Part shown: positions 36,949-46,568 of the stretch, in pieces
How positions within the stretch are numbered: position 1 is the first letter of the stretch
Layout: each line of letters begins with the position of its first letter
Source: an archaeon
GTDB taxonomy: Archaea; Thermoproteota; Nitrososphaeria; Nitrososphaerales; JACAEJ01
Direction: 5' to 3'
Assembly (NCBI GenBank): GCA_024256285.1
Contig: JACGUG010000002.1
Coordinates: forward strand, 7,427-71,426
DNA length: 64,000 nt
Program-made: the position numbers and the translations under genes
Notes under the pieces: generated by a model
Seen by the model: only the letters and a program-made list of their open reading frames with translations
Database searches by the model: none
What the model was told of the DNA's origin: nothing

Positions 36949-37599
36949 TTATGTTGTTTCTGTTACCCTCTCTTCCACCTTTTGAGAAAGCAGTTGAGGA
37001 ATCTCTGGGAAGATCTCTTTCATCTGTTCCTCAGCTATTGCTGAAGCCTCGGCGAGAATCTTCTCCGCATCTTCATTTAAGATCTCAAAGCTTATCAGCT
37101 CTTCACCAGTTTGGCTGGCATTCACGATAACGTCATTGAGGAGGTGGCTTATCTCTCTCATTCCATTCTCGGCCTCAGGAACTACGCCTGCTAATCCTGA
37201 CTTGATACTTCTTATCACTGGAATGGTCGGGCCTATTGTGCTGGTTATATCACCTAAATCCTTCACGGTATCTAGCCTTAACACTATCTGCTCTAAAGCG
37301 AGTTTGGATTGTGTAATCATCTTGTTCATCCTCCTAACCTCGCTCAGCTCATTTGCGAACATAGATGCATGTTGCATATCACGCCTCTGAATGGATAAAA
37401 CTACATTATTGAAGATTTTAAGGCCTCTCTCCCTAATCCTAGTACAAGCCAAGTCTAGTTTGGCTATCTGCACCCGAATCTGTCTAATTGCCTGCTCAAT
37501 CATGGGCTTTAGAGGTTTATTTGGTCTAACGATGCCTCCCAACTTATCCTTTAGACTCTTAGACTCAACCTTATCCCAATTATCGATGAATCTGGTCAT
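36949..37599 (-). CDS. cdvB: ESCRT-III (Snf7/CdvB-like) protein
   Basis: 216 aa. The helical pattern ..HASMFANELSEVRRMNKMITQSKLALEQIVLRLDTVKDLGDI..PVIRSIKSGLAGVVPEAE.. and the acidic C-terminus resemble crenarchaeal CdvB as I recall it. Confidence 0.55.
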   Translation of the reverse strand: MTRFIDNWDKVESKSLKDKLGGIVRPNKPLKPMIEQAIRQIRVQIAKLDLACTRIRERGLKIFNNVVLSIQRRDMQHASMFANELSEVRRMNKMITQSKLALEQIVLRLDTVKDLGDITSTIGPTIPVIRSIKSGLAGVVPEAENGMREISHLLNDVIVNASQTGEELISFEILNEDAEKILAEASAIAEEQMKEIFPEIPQLLSQKVEERVTETT

Positions 37600-37646
37600 A
37601 TTATTCGTCTCAAAATATGTTGAGATTGTGAATTTTATATGGTTAA

Positions 37647-37661
37647 GATAATAACCCTTAA
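37647..37661 (+). repeat. 15-nt direct repeat, left copy
   Basis: GATAATAACCCTTAA is identical to 38044-38058. Confidence 0.7.
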
Positions 37662-37964
37662 CGAATTGGTTTAGTTTGGTTAACTATTAGAAAACCCCGG
37701 TATTGCTCTTCTTGTCTGCTTTAGGATAAATCTCTGACTTTATCGAAATCGAGCTCATCCATCGATCTTACAAGACTAAGCTCCTCTTGCAACTACTTCT
37801 TGTAAGAGCTTAATCCCCTCTTCACTTAAGAAACTTTTGATAAGGTGATTGATTAGGGTTTTATCTGCTTTGTGCAATAGTTGCTATAGACGGAGAAACT
37901 AACGGACGGATGAAGAACATTTTCCCATCAGCTACCCTACCTAAAATCTTGACTGCTCATTCAT

Positions 37965-38012
37965 AAAAAGGGTGTAGAAGCTTATCCCCTTGCTCCAATA
38001 GGGTGGGAGACG
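37965..38012 (-). repeat. dispersed ~50-nt element, copy 4
   Basis: The minus strand reads CGTCTCCCACCCTATTGGAGCAAGGGGATAAGCTTCTACACCCTTTTT. It lies about 150 nt downstream of the M50 protease gene on the same strand. Confidence 0.6.
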
Positions 38013-38043
38013 AAGAGTTTACTTACCGTAAGGACTTCATTGT

Positions 38044-38058
38044 GATAATAACCCTTAA
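38044..38058 (+). repeat. 15-nt direct repeat, right copy
   Basis: GATAATAACCCTTAA is identical to 37647-37661. Confidence 0.7.
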
Positions 38059-38162
38059 GGAAAAGTAGAATATGGAGTTGAATTCAGACCTATCATAGAT
38101 AACCTCCCTTATCCAGAGTTTCTTACCTTTTGATTACATCCCATTGGTTAATAGATTCATAG

Positions 38163-38789
38163 TCATAATGGTAAGAAGATTATTATCCATATAGGTATCG
38201 CCATCATCGCCCAGATTCCTTTGTTCCATGCAAATACTTTAGATCCATCCAGAGGTGGGAAGGGGATCATATTAAACGCTGCAAGCCAGAGATTGATCAG
38301 ATACCCTAAATATCCTATACTTGATACCAGTCCACCATAGCCTATCAAAGAGAAGAAGAATAGGGCGAAGAGCACGTTCGTGAGAGGGCCTGCTAGAGAG
38401 ATTATACCATTTTCTCTCCTGCTGATGCCGAGACCTAGACCGAAGGAAATTGGCACGATGTATACAGCCCCAGGAGCGGCGAAGATTATCTGTCCTCCTG
38501 AGACCAAAGCGAAGAATAAGGCAAGGACCAACCCTAAAGGCCAGATTCTGAACTCTGCCAAGTATCCGTATCTTTGAGCTGCAAATTTATGGGCCAACTC
38601 ATGGCCTATGAACCCCGCACCCAACGTCAATAGAGAGATTATGAGAGAGCTTATGAATGAGTTTAGAGGCGAGTTCCTGTATAGTCCCTGTATAGAGAAG
38701 GCTACCCCAAGCACGAGCCATGCTATTAAAAGATGACGAATCTCAGTCCAACTTAGTGTTCTTCTCCTCTCAAAAGCCATTTTAACCAA
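38163..38789 (-). CDS. M50-family (site-2 protease-like) membrane metalloprotease
   Basis: It has HELAHKFAAQRYG (HExxH) and is polytopic. Confidence 0.8.
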   Translation of the reverse strand: MVKMAFERRRTLSWTEIRHLLIAWLVLGVAFSIQGLYRNSPLNSFISSLIISLLTLGAGFIGHELAHKFAAQRYGYLAEFRIWPLGLVLALFFALVSGGQIIFAAPGAVYIVPISFGLGLGISRRENGIISLAGPLTNVLFALFFFSLIGYGGLVSSIGYLGYLINLWLAAFNMIPFPPLDGSKVFAWNKGIWAMMAIPIWIIIFLPL

Positions 38790-38830
38790 AACCGATCTAT
38801 AACAGCTGTTTAAAGCTCTTTCTTAAAAGC

Positions 38831-40366
38831 TCATCTTATCGGTGGGGCATCGAACTTCTTCAACACCTCATGAATCTTCTCTATAACATCTGTTGCCATT
38901 ATATGGTATCCCCTATCCCTTACAGCGAGGTCTCCAGCAGATCCAGATATGAAGGCACCGGCACAGGCAGCTCTAAAGGGCTTTACACCCCAGGCCAATA
39001 ATGTAGCTACTATGCCTGACAGTACATCTCCCGTCCCACCAGTAGTCATCCCCGGGTTTCCAGTAAGATTTATCTTGAAATGATTGCTATCAGATATTAT
39101 ATCCTCGTGACCCTTCAAGAGTATGGTTACGCCCAATCTCTTTGCCTCTTTCTTGACATGTGTTATCCTCTCCTCTAACCTATCTGGGGGTGCTATTGTG
39201 CTGTGTGTAACGATCTCGAACTCTCCTGCATGAGGGGTGAGCACTGCTGGATAACCTTGTAAGCATTTAGGGTCCTTTGATAGAGCTTTTAGGGCATCGG
39301 CATCGATCAGCATAGGCTTATCCTTTCCCACTGTTTTCATAAAGCTCAAAATAGCGTCTTTCGTCTCTCCTTCCAATCCAAGACCTGGACCTGCTATTAT
39401 ACTCGAGCAACGCTCTGCCAAATTCTTCAACTCTGGTAGATCGTCCGATGTGAGGTAATCGCCTCCTAACCTTCTAACTATAAGGTTTGGGGAGAAGGAT
39501 CGGATTACATCAGCCACGCTCCTTGGTGCAGCTATGATTGCTATATCAGCGCCTGTACGGAGGGCTGCAAGGGCTGCCAAAGTTGGTGCCCCAGAGTACT
39601 CTTTGCTCCCCCCTACTATCAATAAACGACCAAAATCTCCTTTCTTTGAAAATTTATTCCTTGGCTTTATAGAATAACGTACATCTCCGGGTCCAGCTAC
39701 GATCTCAGCCTCTTGTGGCATCCCTATAGGAGATACGATTACGTCTCCAGTTATACTACTTTTATCTGCCAATCCGACCTTCATTTTATGCAGAGTTACA
39801 GTGATGTCTGCGATCACACATTTATCGTGAACATCGCCAGTTAAGGGGTCTAGACCAGAAGGCACATCGACAGCAACCTTAAAGCCCTTCGATGAATTGA
39901 TAATATCTATGGCCGATGAGAAAGGCTCTCTTATCTTTCCCCTGATCCCTGTTCCAAATATAGCGTCGACTATTATGTCCGCTTCCTCTATTTCACTTTT
40001 CAAGTTCATCAATGAATCGGCATCAGGTGCCAGAGCATACTGAAGGCCGATCTTCATCTTCTCTATTACTTTCCAATTCGCTGAAGCCTCATCGGTTTTT
40101 ATGTCCTCAACTCTTCCTAAAAGGATGACAGTTACCTTCGCTTTATCAGATAGATGCCTTGCACATACGAGACCGTCTCCCCCGTTATTCCCAGTCCCAG
40201 CCACGATTACAACTTTTTTGCCTGAGGTCTTCTTCAGCTTCTCCTTTACGATCTCTGCGATGCCTTTCCCCGCATTTTCCATTAAGAGAATTCTTGGCAC
40301 TCCCAGATACTCTGAATTCTCATCAGCTATTGCCATCTCTTCTGGCGTGATGGTGTTCATGATCAT
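38831..40366 (-). CDS. nnr: bifunctional NAD(P)H-hydrate repair enzyme (epimerase/ADP-dependent dehydratase)
   Basis: 511 aa. The YjeF_N half has GTGNNGGDG and the C-terminal kinase-like half has GGTGDVLSG. Confidence 0.9.
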   Translation of the reverse strand: MIMNTITPEEMAIADENSEYLGVPRILLMENAGKGIAEIVKEKLKKTSGKKVVIVAGTGNNGGDGLVCARHLSDKAKVTVILLGRVEDIKTDEASANWKVIEKMKIGLQYALAPDADSLMNLKSEIEEADIIVDAIFGTGIRGKIREPFSSAIDIINSSKGFKVAVDVPSGLDPLTGDVHDKCVIADITVTLHKMKVGLADKSSITGDVIVSPIGMPQEAEIVAGPGDVRYSIKPRNKFSKKGDFGRLLIVGGSKEYSGAPTLAALAALRTGADIAIIAAPRSVADVIRSFSPNLIVRRLGGDYLTSDDLPELKNLAERCSSIIAGPGLGLEGETKDAILSFMKTVGKDKPMLIDADALKALSKDPKCLQGYPAVLTPHAGEFEIVTHSTIAPPDRLEERITHVKKEAKRLGVTILLKGHEDIISDSNHFKINLTGNPGMTTGGTGDVLSGIVATLLAWGVKPFRAACAGAFISGSAGDLAVRDRGYHIMATDVIEKIHEVLKKFDAPPIR

Positions 40367-40398
40367 AAGTATCCTGAGATTAATTGATTAATTAATTT

Positions 40399-41148
40399 TT
40401 AAAGGTCTTCCACGATTACGGCAATCCTTTCGACAAGGTCTTCCAAAAGCAACTTTCCCTTCTCTGCAGAGGCTTTAGTGGGTGCGCCGATTACCCCAGA
40501 ATCGCTTACCTCCTTCATCCTCCATGCAAATGAGAACCCTTCCTCTACTGCCTCTAATGTGAGATGGGGGCGAAACTTGGGAGATTCGTCTACACATCTA
40601 TCTGTCCTTACCTTTTCGGGGCAGATGGTGAGCATCAAAGAAGTCTCAACCTCATCGGCATGTCCTACATCCCCCTTTGGCGACTCCCTTATCTTATCGA
40701 AGACCTTCCCAACCATGCTCAACAATGTAAAGGAGTATAATGAGATGTTCAATTCGCTTTTAATAGACTGAATAGCACTCTCTATAATAGCTTTATTGCC
40801 ACCATGACCGTTTATGATGAAGATCTTTTTGAAGCCATTCTGGGCCAAACTCGAGCATATATCTCTCAAAAGGGCTGTCAGGGTCAAAGGCTCCAAAGAT
40901 ATGGTTCCTGGGAAGCCCATATGCTCAACAGAGAAGCCGAAGTTTATTGGCGGGGTCAAGGCGATATTCAATCTTTCGGCAACCCTTTTGGCTACTTCAA
41001 AGGCTATGATCGTATCTGTAGAGAGGGGTAGATGTGGGCCATGTTGCTCAAGACTCCCTACTGGGATCAAGACTTTATCGGTTCTATTCCTGAGATCGTC
41101 GACTTCTTGCCAAGTTAGATCGGGAAGGTAATTCTTCAATAACTTCAC
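40399..41148 (-). CDS. arfB: creatininase-family formamide hydrolase (2-amino-5-formylamino-6-ribosylaminopyrimidinone 5'-phosphate deformylase)
   Basis: It has the creatininase pattern GSLEQHGPHLPL and HGGN..HADEVETS. It overlaps arfC by 4 nt inside the riboflavin operon. Confidence 0.7.
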   Translation of the reverse strand: MKLLKNYLPDLTWQEVDDLRNRTDKVLIPVGSLEQHGPHLPLSTDTIIAFEVAKRVAERLNIALTPPINFGFSVEHMGFPGTISLEPLTLTALLRDICSSLAQNGFKKIFIINGHGGNKAIIESAIQSIKSELNISLYSFTLLSMVGKVFDKIRESPKGDVGHADEVETSLMLTICPEKVRTDRCVDESPKFRPHLTLEAVEEGFSFAWRMKEVSDSGVIGAPTKASAEKGKLLLEDLVERIAVIVEDL

Positions 41149-41819
41149 CTTAAAGGTCTATAAGTTAAGACTACTTCATCCCCAAACCGTTTCACTTCGT
41201 AGAGTTTCACTCGAACTCCTTCATCTATCCTTGCCACCCCATCGCCTTCGACCAGAGTTACCGAATCTCTTCCCCCAATGATAAAGGGGCATATAGTGAC
41301 ATGTAACTCATCGAACAAGTTCTGGCTGACGAAACTCCAGTTGATGTTGCCTCCACCTTCTACAACTACCTTCCTTACACCCATCTCTTTAAGTTTCTTG
41401 AGCAATATCTTTAGATCAACTTTTTCTCCCCCTCCACATACTATTACCTTTGCTCCAGCCCTCTCAAGATTCTTCACTCGATCTTCTGGTGCTTTGCTGG
41501 TGGTTGCGATCAGGGTAGGAGACTTTGAGGAGATTATTCTCGATTCGACAGGTGTCCTCGCTCTGCTATCTACCACCACCCTCATGGGGTTCTTCCCTTC
41601 ACAATACCTAACTGTTAAAGATGGATCGTCGACAAGAACTGTATTTATGCCAACCATTATGGCGTCCACAGATGCTCTAAGCCCATGTACTCTTACAAGG
41701 TCTTCTTTACTCGACATCTTAGAGTCCCCTGTCTTCGTCGCAATCTTTCCATCCAGAGTCATGGCTGCATTCAGGATAACATACGGTCTATCATCATTCA
41801 CATTCTGGTAGAGACCCAT
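41145..41819 (-). CDS. arfC: 2,5-diamino-6-ribosylamino-4(3H)-pyrimidinone 5'-phosphate reductase
   Basis: It contains only the RibD C-terminal (reductase) domain: ILNAAMTLDGKIATKTGDSK and VEGGG. No deaminase domain is present. Confidence 0.8.
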   Translation of the reverse strand: MGLYQNVNDDRPYVILNAAMTLDGKIATKTGDSKMSSKEDLVRVHGLRASVDAIMVGINTVLVDDPSLTVRYCEGKNPMRVVVDSRARTPVESRIISSKSPTLIATTSKAPEDRVKNLERAGAKVIVCGGGEKVDLKILLKKLKEMGVRKVVVEGGGNINWSFVSQNLFDELHVTICPFIIGGRDSVTLVEGDGVARIDEGVRVKLYEVKRFGDEVVLTYRPLR

Positions 41820-43032
41820 AGACTATCTTTCCTCCTACCATCACGGCTTGAATATCGTCAGGTCTGACCCTATGAACTATCGAGTTGATAGGATCTTTTA
41901 CCGACCTGAGGTTTTTTGTACCCATGTTTATAAATACAACATCAGCCCTCTTCCCCTCCTCTATCGATCCAATTTCTTTATCCAATTTCAAAGCCTTTGC
42001 AGCGTTGATCGTAACCATCTTCATTATCTCCTTAGACGATATCGTTGAAGGCTCTTTCTCCAAGGCCCTTAAAATCCTTGATGTGTAGTCCATCTCACGG
42101 AATAGGTCTGCAGAGTTGAGCATAACGTTGTCGGTACCCAGAGCAACGGTGATACCACCCCTGATCATCGAGCTTATTGGGGGGAAACCTAAACCCAAGA
42201 TCGAGTTGGCTCTTGGGCAGCATACAACTGGAACCTTCGCCTTTGAGACAAGCTCTATATCTTCGTCTCTGGCTTGAGTCAGATGGACGAGAAAATTTAG
42301 ATCGATATTCTTTAAAGCACGCTCAACCTCGCTCTGATGAAAATTTCTCAGTGAAAAATTCATAGAGTATCTGTCTTCACATGCATGTATAGCGAATATC
42401 TTGCCCCTGACCAACCTTGACATCTCCTTCATAGACCGATCAGTATATTCGTTGGGACCACTTAGCCCTACCCCATCACATATCTTTAAGACCTCTTCTA
42501 CTTCACGAACCTTTTCATCTGGCATGGGAGAGTTCTTTACAACCTCTTCTTCGCTGAAATAGTAATCCGGTCTTCCAAGAATCATTGTCCTGATCTTCAC
42601 TCCTTTAAGGGCGCTCTTTAAGAGCATCACCCCTTTCTTCCCTCCTTCACGAAAATCAGCAAAGGTTGTAACGCCACACCTTAACATATCCAAGGCTGAG
42701 TCTCTCATCGATTTAAGGATCAGACTTTCAGGTACTGATTCCAGTAGCTTGTGCTTTAACCCGGTCATGGGGCGGAAAAGCTCGTTGAGAGACCTGCCTA
42801 TTCCTACATCCTTTGCAAAAGAGTCGCCTAGATGTGTATGGGCATCAATCAGACCTGGGATTGCAACCATATCTTTCCCTTTATACCTGACACATCTCGA
42901 TCGATGCTGTGGATTTCCTTCCCTAACTTCTGTGAAATGACCATCATCATCTATCCTTATGAAGGCCTTCTCCATTACGTCTAGGTTCTGACCTACTACT
43001 GCAGTTACTCCTTCGATTATAGAATCTCTCAT
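41794..43032 (-). CDS. amidohydrolase-superfamily deaminase-like protein (COG0402-type)
   Basis: 412 aa with GLIDAHTHL (HxH), FAIHACE (HxxE), VHLT and LGTDN. It shares an ATGA overlap with the arfA stop and a 26-nt overlap with arfC. Confidence 0.8.
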   Translation of the reverse strand: MRDSIIEGVTAVVGQNLDVMEKAFIRIDDDGHFTEVREGNPQHRSRCVRYKGKDMVAIPGLIDAHTHLGDSFAKDVGIGRSLNELFRPMTGLKHKLLESVPESLILKSMRDSALDMLRCGVTTFADFREGGKKGVMLLKSALKGVKIRTMILGRPDYYFSEEEVVKNSPMPDEKVREVEEVLKICDGVGLSGPNEYTDRSMKEMSRLVRGKIFAIHACEDRYSMNFSLRNFHQSEVERALKNIDLNFLVHLTQARDEDIELVSKAKVPVVCCPRANSILGLGFPPISSMIRGGITVALGTDNVMLNSADLFREMDYTSRILRALEKEPSTISSKEIMKMVTINAAKALKLDKEIGSIEEGKRADVVFINMGTKNLRSVKDPINSIVHRVRPDDIQAVMVGGKIVYGSLPECE

Positions 43033-43799
43033 AACAAAACATCAGAGAGTTTGTGAACGGGGCCTTTCGCTTTACGATCCCTGATCATGTCCAACCCTTT
43101 AGTGGCAAGCTCCATGGCTTTTCGCCCAGTTCTCGCTACACCGATACCTGCTTTTAGCATGAGATCGAAATTCTTGCTTGCCATCGAAAGAATCTTCTCA
43201 ACTTCCCTCTCCGAGACACCGTTCGCTACTGCCATGAAGTTGTCTCCGCCACAGAAGAAGGTTAGAGCCTTATGGTTCAGGAAGAGCTCACTTAACTTTA
43301 CATTTAACCTATTGATCATCAACGCTGTATCGTAAGCTGATAATTTATAGGTGAATCTGTCTGTCATATCATCTACATCTACATGGACCATCTGTACGCT
43401 ATATTCGTAGGGGCCACTCAGTCCACCCCTCATTATCTTCTTTACGTCTCTGCTTTTACTACATCTCTGTAAGGCTCTTGTAGCCATCTCCAATGCATTG
43501 TATGGTGTTTCAGCCACCCCGATGCCCATGCTTATGGTGAAGGGGTAATTCTTTGATATCTCATCCTGGATTTCTATGTGATCCTCCAAGGGAATACCGT
43601 TACTGATAGCCACCATTTCATCAAAGCGATTGTAAAATACTGCTCCCCCTCTCTCTGCAAAGGATCTCTGTAGATGGGCATGAAGCTGAGACTGAAGTAT
43701 CTGTAATCTGTACTCTCTATCGTTACCAAGCTCAAGAGTCCATGGGCCATAGTTGTCTATCCTAATCAGGGTCATCTGCACTTTGTCATTCATGGTCAA
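43029..43799 (-). CDS. arfA: GTP cyclohydrolase III
   Basis: 256 aa. MTLIRIDNYGPWT is the hallmark N-terminus of archaeal GCH III. Confidence 0.85.
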   Translation of the reverse strand: MTMNDKVQMTLIRIDNYGPWTLELGNDREYRLQILQSQLHAHLQRSFAERGGAVFYNRFDEMVAISNGIPLEDHIEIQDEISKNYPFTISMGIGVAETPYNALEMATRALQRCSKSRDVKKIMRGGLSGPYEYSVQMVHVDVDDMTDRFTYKLSAYDTALMINRLNVKLSELFLNHKALTFFCGGDNFMAVANGVSEREVEKILSMASKNFDLMLKAGIGVARTGRKAMELATKGLDMIRDRKAKGPVHKLSDVLL

Positions 43800-44254
43800 T
43801 CCACCATGGCTGGATATTGAGTAACTTCCATCTCTTCCAGCATCCTCATACGCCTCACCATCTTGACTGCCGCTTCGACAGCCCTCTTTGCATACTCGTC
43901 TATGCGCTCCATGCCTTGAATCCTCGTCATGCCCGGCCCTGAAACTCCAAGAGATACTGGCTTTCTATACTGGATCGATAGATCGGTTATCTTTCTTGTT
44001 ACATGTTGCGCTATGATCTCATCATGCCTCGTCTCACCTTCTACGATCGCCCCAAGGGTCACAACAGCACTCACATCCTTCTTCTCGAGCAAAGACTGGA
44101 TCAACAGGGGCATATCGAAGGAACCGGGTGCTTTGCAGATGTACGTGATCTGGGCTCCTAAAAATGTAGCATGCTCTTTGGCCCTCTCAAGCATAAGGTA
44201 AGAAATATCGAAGTTGAACTCAGATACGACCAGAGCCACTTGCATCTTCTCCAT
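43796..44254 (-). CDS. ribH: 6,7-dimethyl-8-ribityllumazine synthase
   Basis: 152 aa with lumazine synthase size and pattern (..VALVVSEFN.., GAIVEGETRHDE). It lies within the operon. Confidence 0.85.
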   Translation of the reverse strand: MEKMQVALVVSEFNFDISYLMLERAKEHATFLGAQITYICKAPGSFDMPLLIQSLLEKKDVSAVVTLGAIVEGETRHDEIIAQHVTRKITDLSIQYRKPVSLGVSGPGMTRIQGMERIDEYAKRAVEAAVKMVRRMRMLEEMEVTQYPAMVD

Positions 44255-44269
44255 TCATTTATTCACCTC

Positions 44270-45531
<1,262 letters not shown>

Positions 45532-45581
45532 AAAATTTGTAATAAATCATATATACGCAGAGGATTAAATGTCAAGGGGAG

Positions 45582-45977
45582 ATGCTATTGAGTGCTGAAG
45601 ATCAGATTAGGACGACTGCTGAAGAGCTTCTGAAGGTATTGTCCATCAAGAATGTTATAGGTGAGCCCATGGAGATAGAGGATAAGATACTCATCCCTGT
45701 TACTAGGGTGGGTGTGGGCTTCGGTGCTGGGACAGGTGAAGGCACGGGCGGAAGGGGCGAAGGAGGGAAGGGTGGAGGAGGCGGTGGAGGTGCAGGCGTT
45801 GACCCTGTAGCCATGGTGGCCATCTTTAAAGGGGTGCCAGGCCCAGAAGGTGTTAGCGTACTGTCTCTAGCCAAACCCAGCCCCATAGCCAAATCCATAG
45901 GTGAAATAGCGTCAACAATGATGGAGAAGTTCGGAGGAAAGAAGGAAGCCAAGAAGGAAGAGAAAGAAGAGAAGTAA
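45582..45977 (+). CDS. GerW/YtfJ-family protein with a poly-Gly linker
   Basis: NVIGEPMEIEDKILIPVTRVGVGFGAGTGEG..GGGGGGGAGVDPVAMVAIFKG matches the Spore_YtfJ pattern as I recall it. Confidence 0.65.
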   Translation: MLLSAEDQIRTTAEELLKVLSIKNVIGEPMEIEDKILIPVTRVGVGFGAGTGEGTGGRGEGGKGGGGGGGAGVDPVAMVAIFKGVPGPEGVSVLSLAKPSPIAKSIGEIASTMMEKFGGKKEAKKEEKEEK

Positions 45978-46004
45978 AAAAGATTGCCAAAGAGGAGGTC
46001 GTAG

Positions 46005-46568
46005 TTGATCTATGTCATCCTGGCTATCATCCTCCTTATTTTTTTGTTGATCGTATCGAGTTTTTTGCTGGTTCCCTTCCACATATCTCTAAATCTGTTC
46101 AAGAGAGGCTCTTTGACTCAAGGAAGCTTTTGTATGAGTTGGCTGGGAATAAGGCTCATTCGGAGAAAGATACCTTCAGAAGAAGGAAGGAAAGAGAAAG
46201 AAAAGTTCTACTGGGGAAGCATACCAGAGATGACTTCTCTCTTCGCAGAATCCTTCCCATATCTTATGAATATATTGAACGCTGCCATGAAATCTATTTC
46301 CATAAAAAGATTCTCCTGTGATGTTGTCATGGGTTTGGATAGCCCAGCCGATACGGCGGTGGTGAGCGGCTATCTGTGGTCTCTAGCATCTATAATCAAC
46401 ATCTTTCCTAAGGTTTACCTTTCTGTAAAGCCCGACTTCCAAGAAAGAAGGTTGGATGGATCCATGATGGTCGAATTGAAGGTTAGGCTCCTGCGGATTG
46501 TTCCAGCCTTCATAAGGGCTTTCTTCAAGAAGCCTGTGAGGCAGTTGTTCGGAAAGATGAGAAGGTGA
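46005..46568 (+). CDS. DUF2953 (YtfI-like) membrane-anchored protein
   Basis: It has an N-terminal TM helix followed by ..VPFHISLNLFKRGS..MSWLGIRL.. It partners with GerW genes as in the Bacillus ytfI-ytfJ pair. Confidence 0.55.
   Translation: MIYVILAIILLIFLLIVSSFLLVPFHISLNLFKRGSLTQGSFCMSWLGIRLIRRKIPSEEGRKEKEKFYWGSIPEMTSLFAESFPYLMNILNAAMKSISIKRFSCDVVMGLDSPADTAVVSGYLWSLASIINIFPKVYLSVKPDFQERRLDGSMMVELKVRLLRIVPAFIRAFFKKPVRQLFGKMRR

Noticed and set aside
36939-36953. (TTATG)x3 microsatellite.
   Set aside because: It has only three units, overlaps the stop codon of cdvB, and has no evident function.
45602-45952. 116-aa minus-strand ORF with a poly-Pro run.
   Set aside because: It is the antisense reading of the GerW gene, and its PPPPPPP run is simply the complement of the poly-Gly codons.
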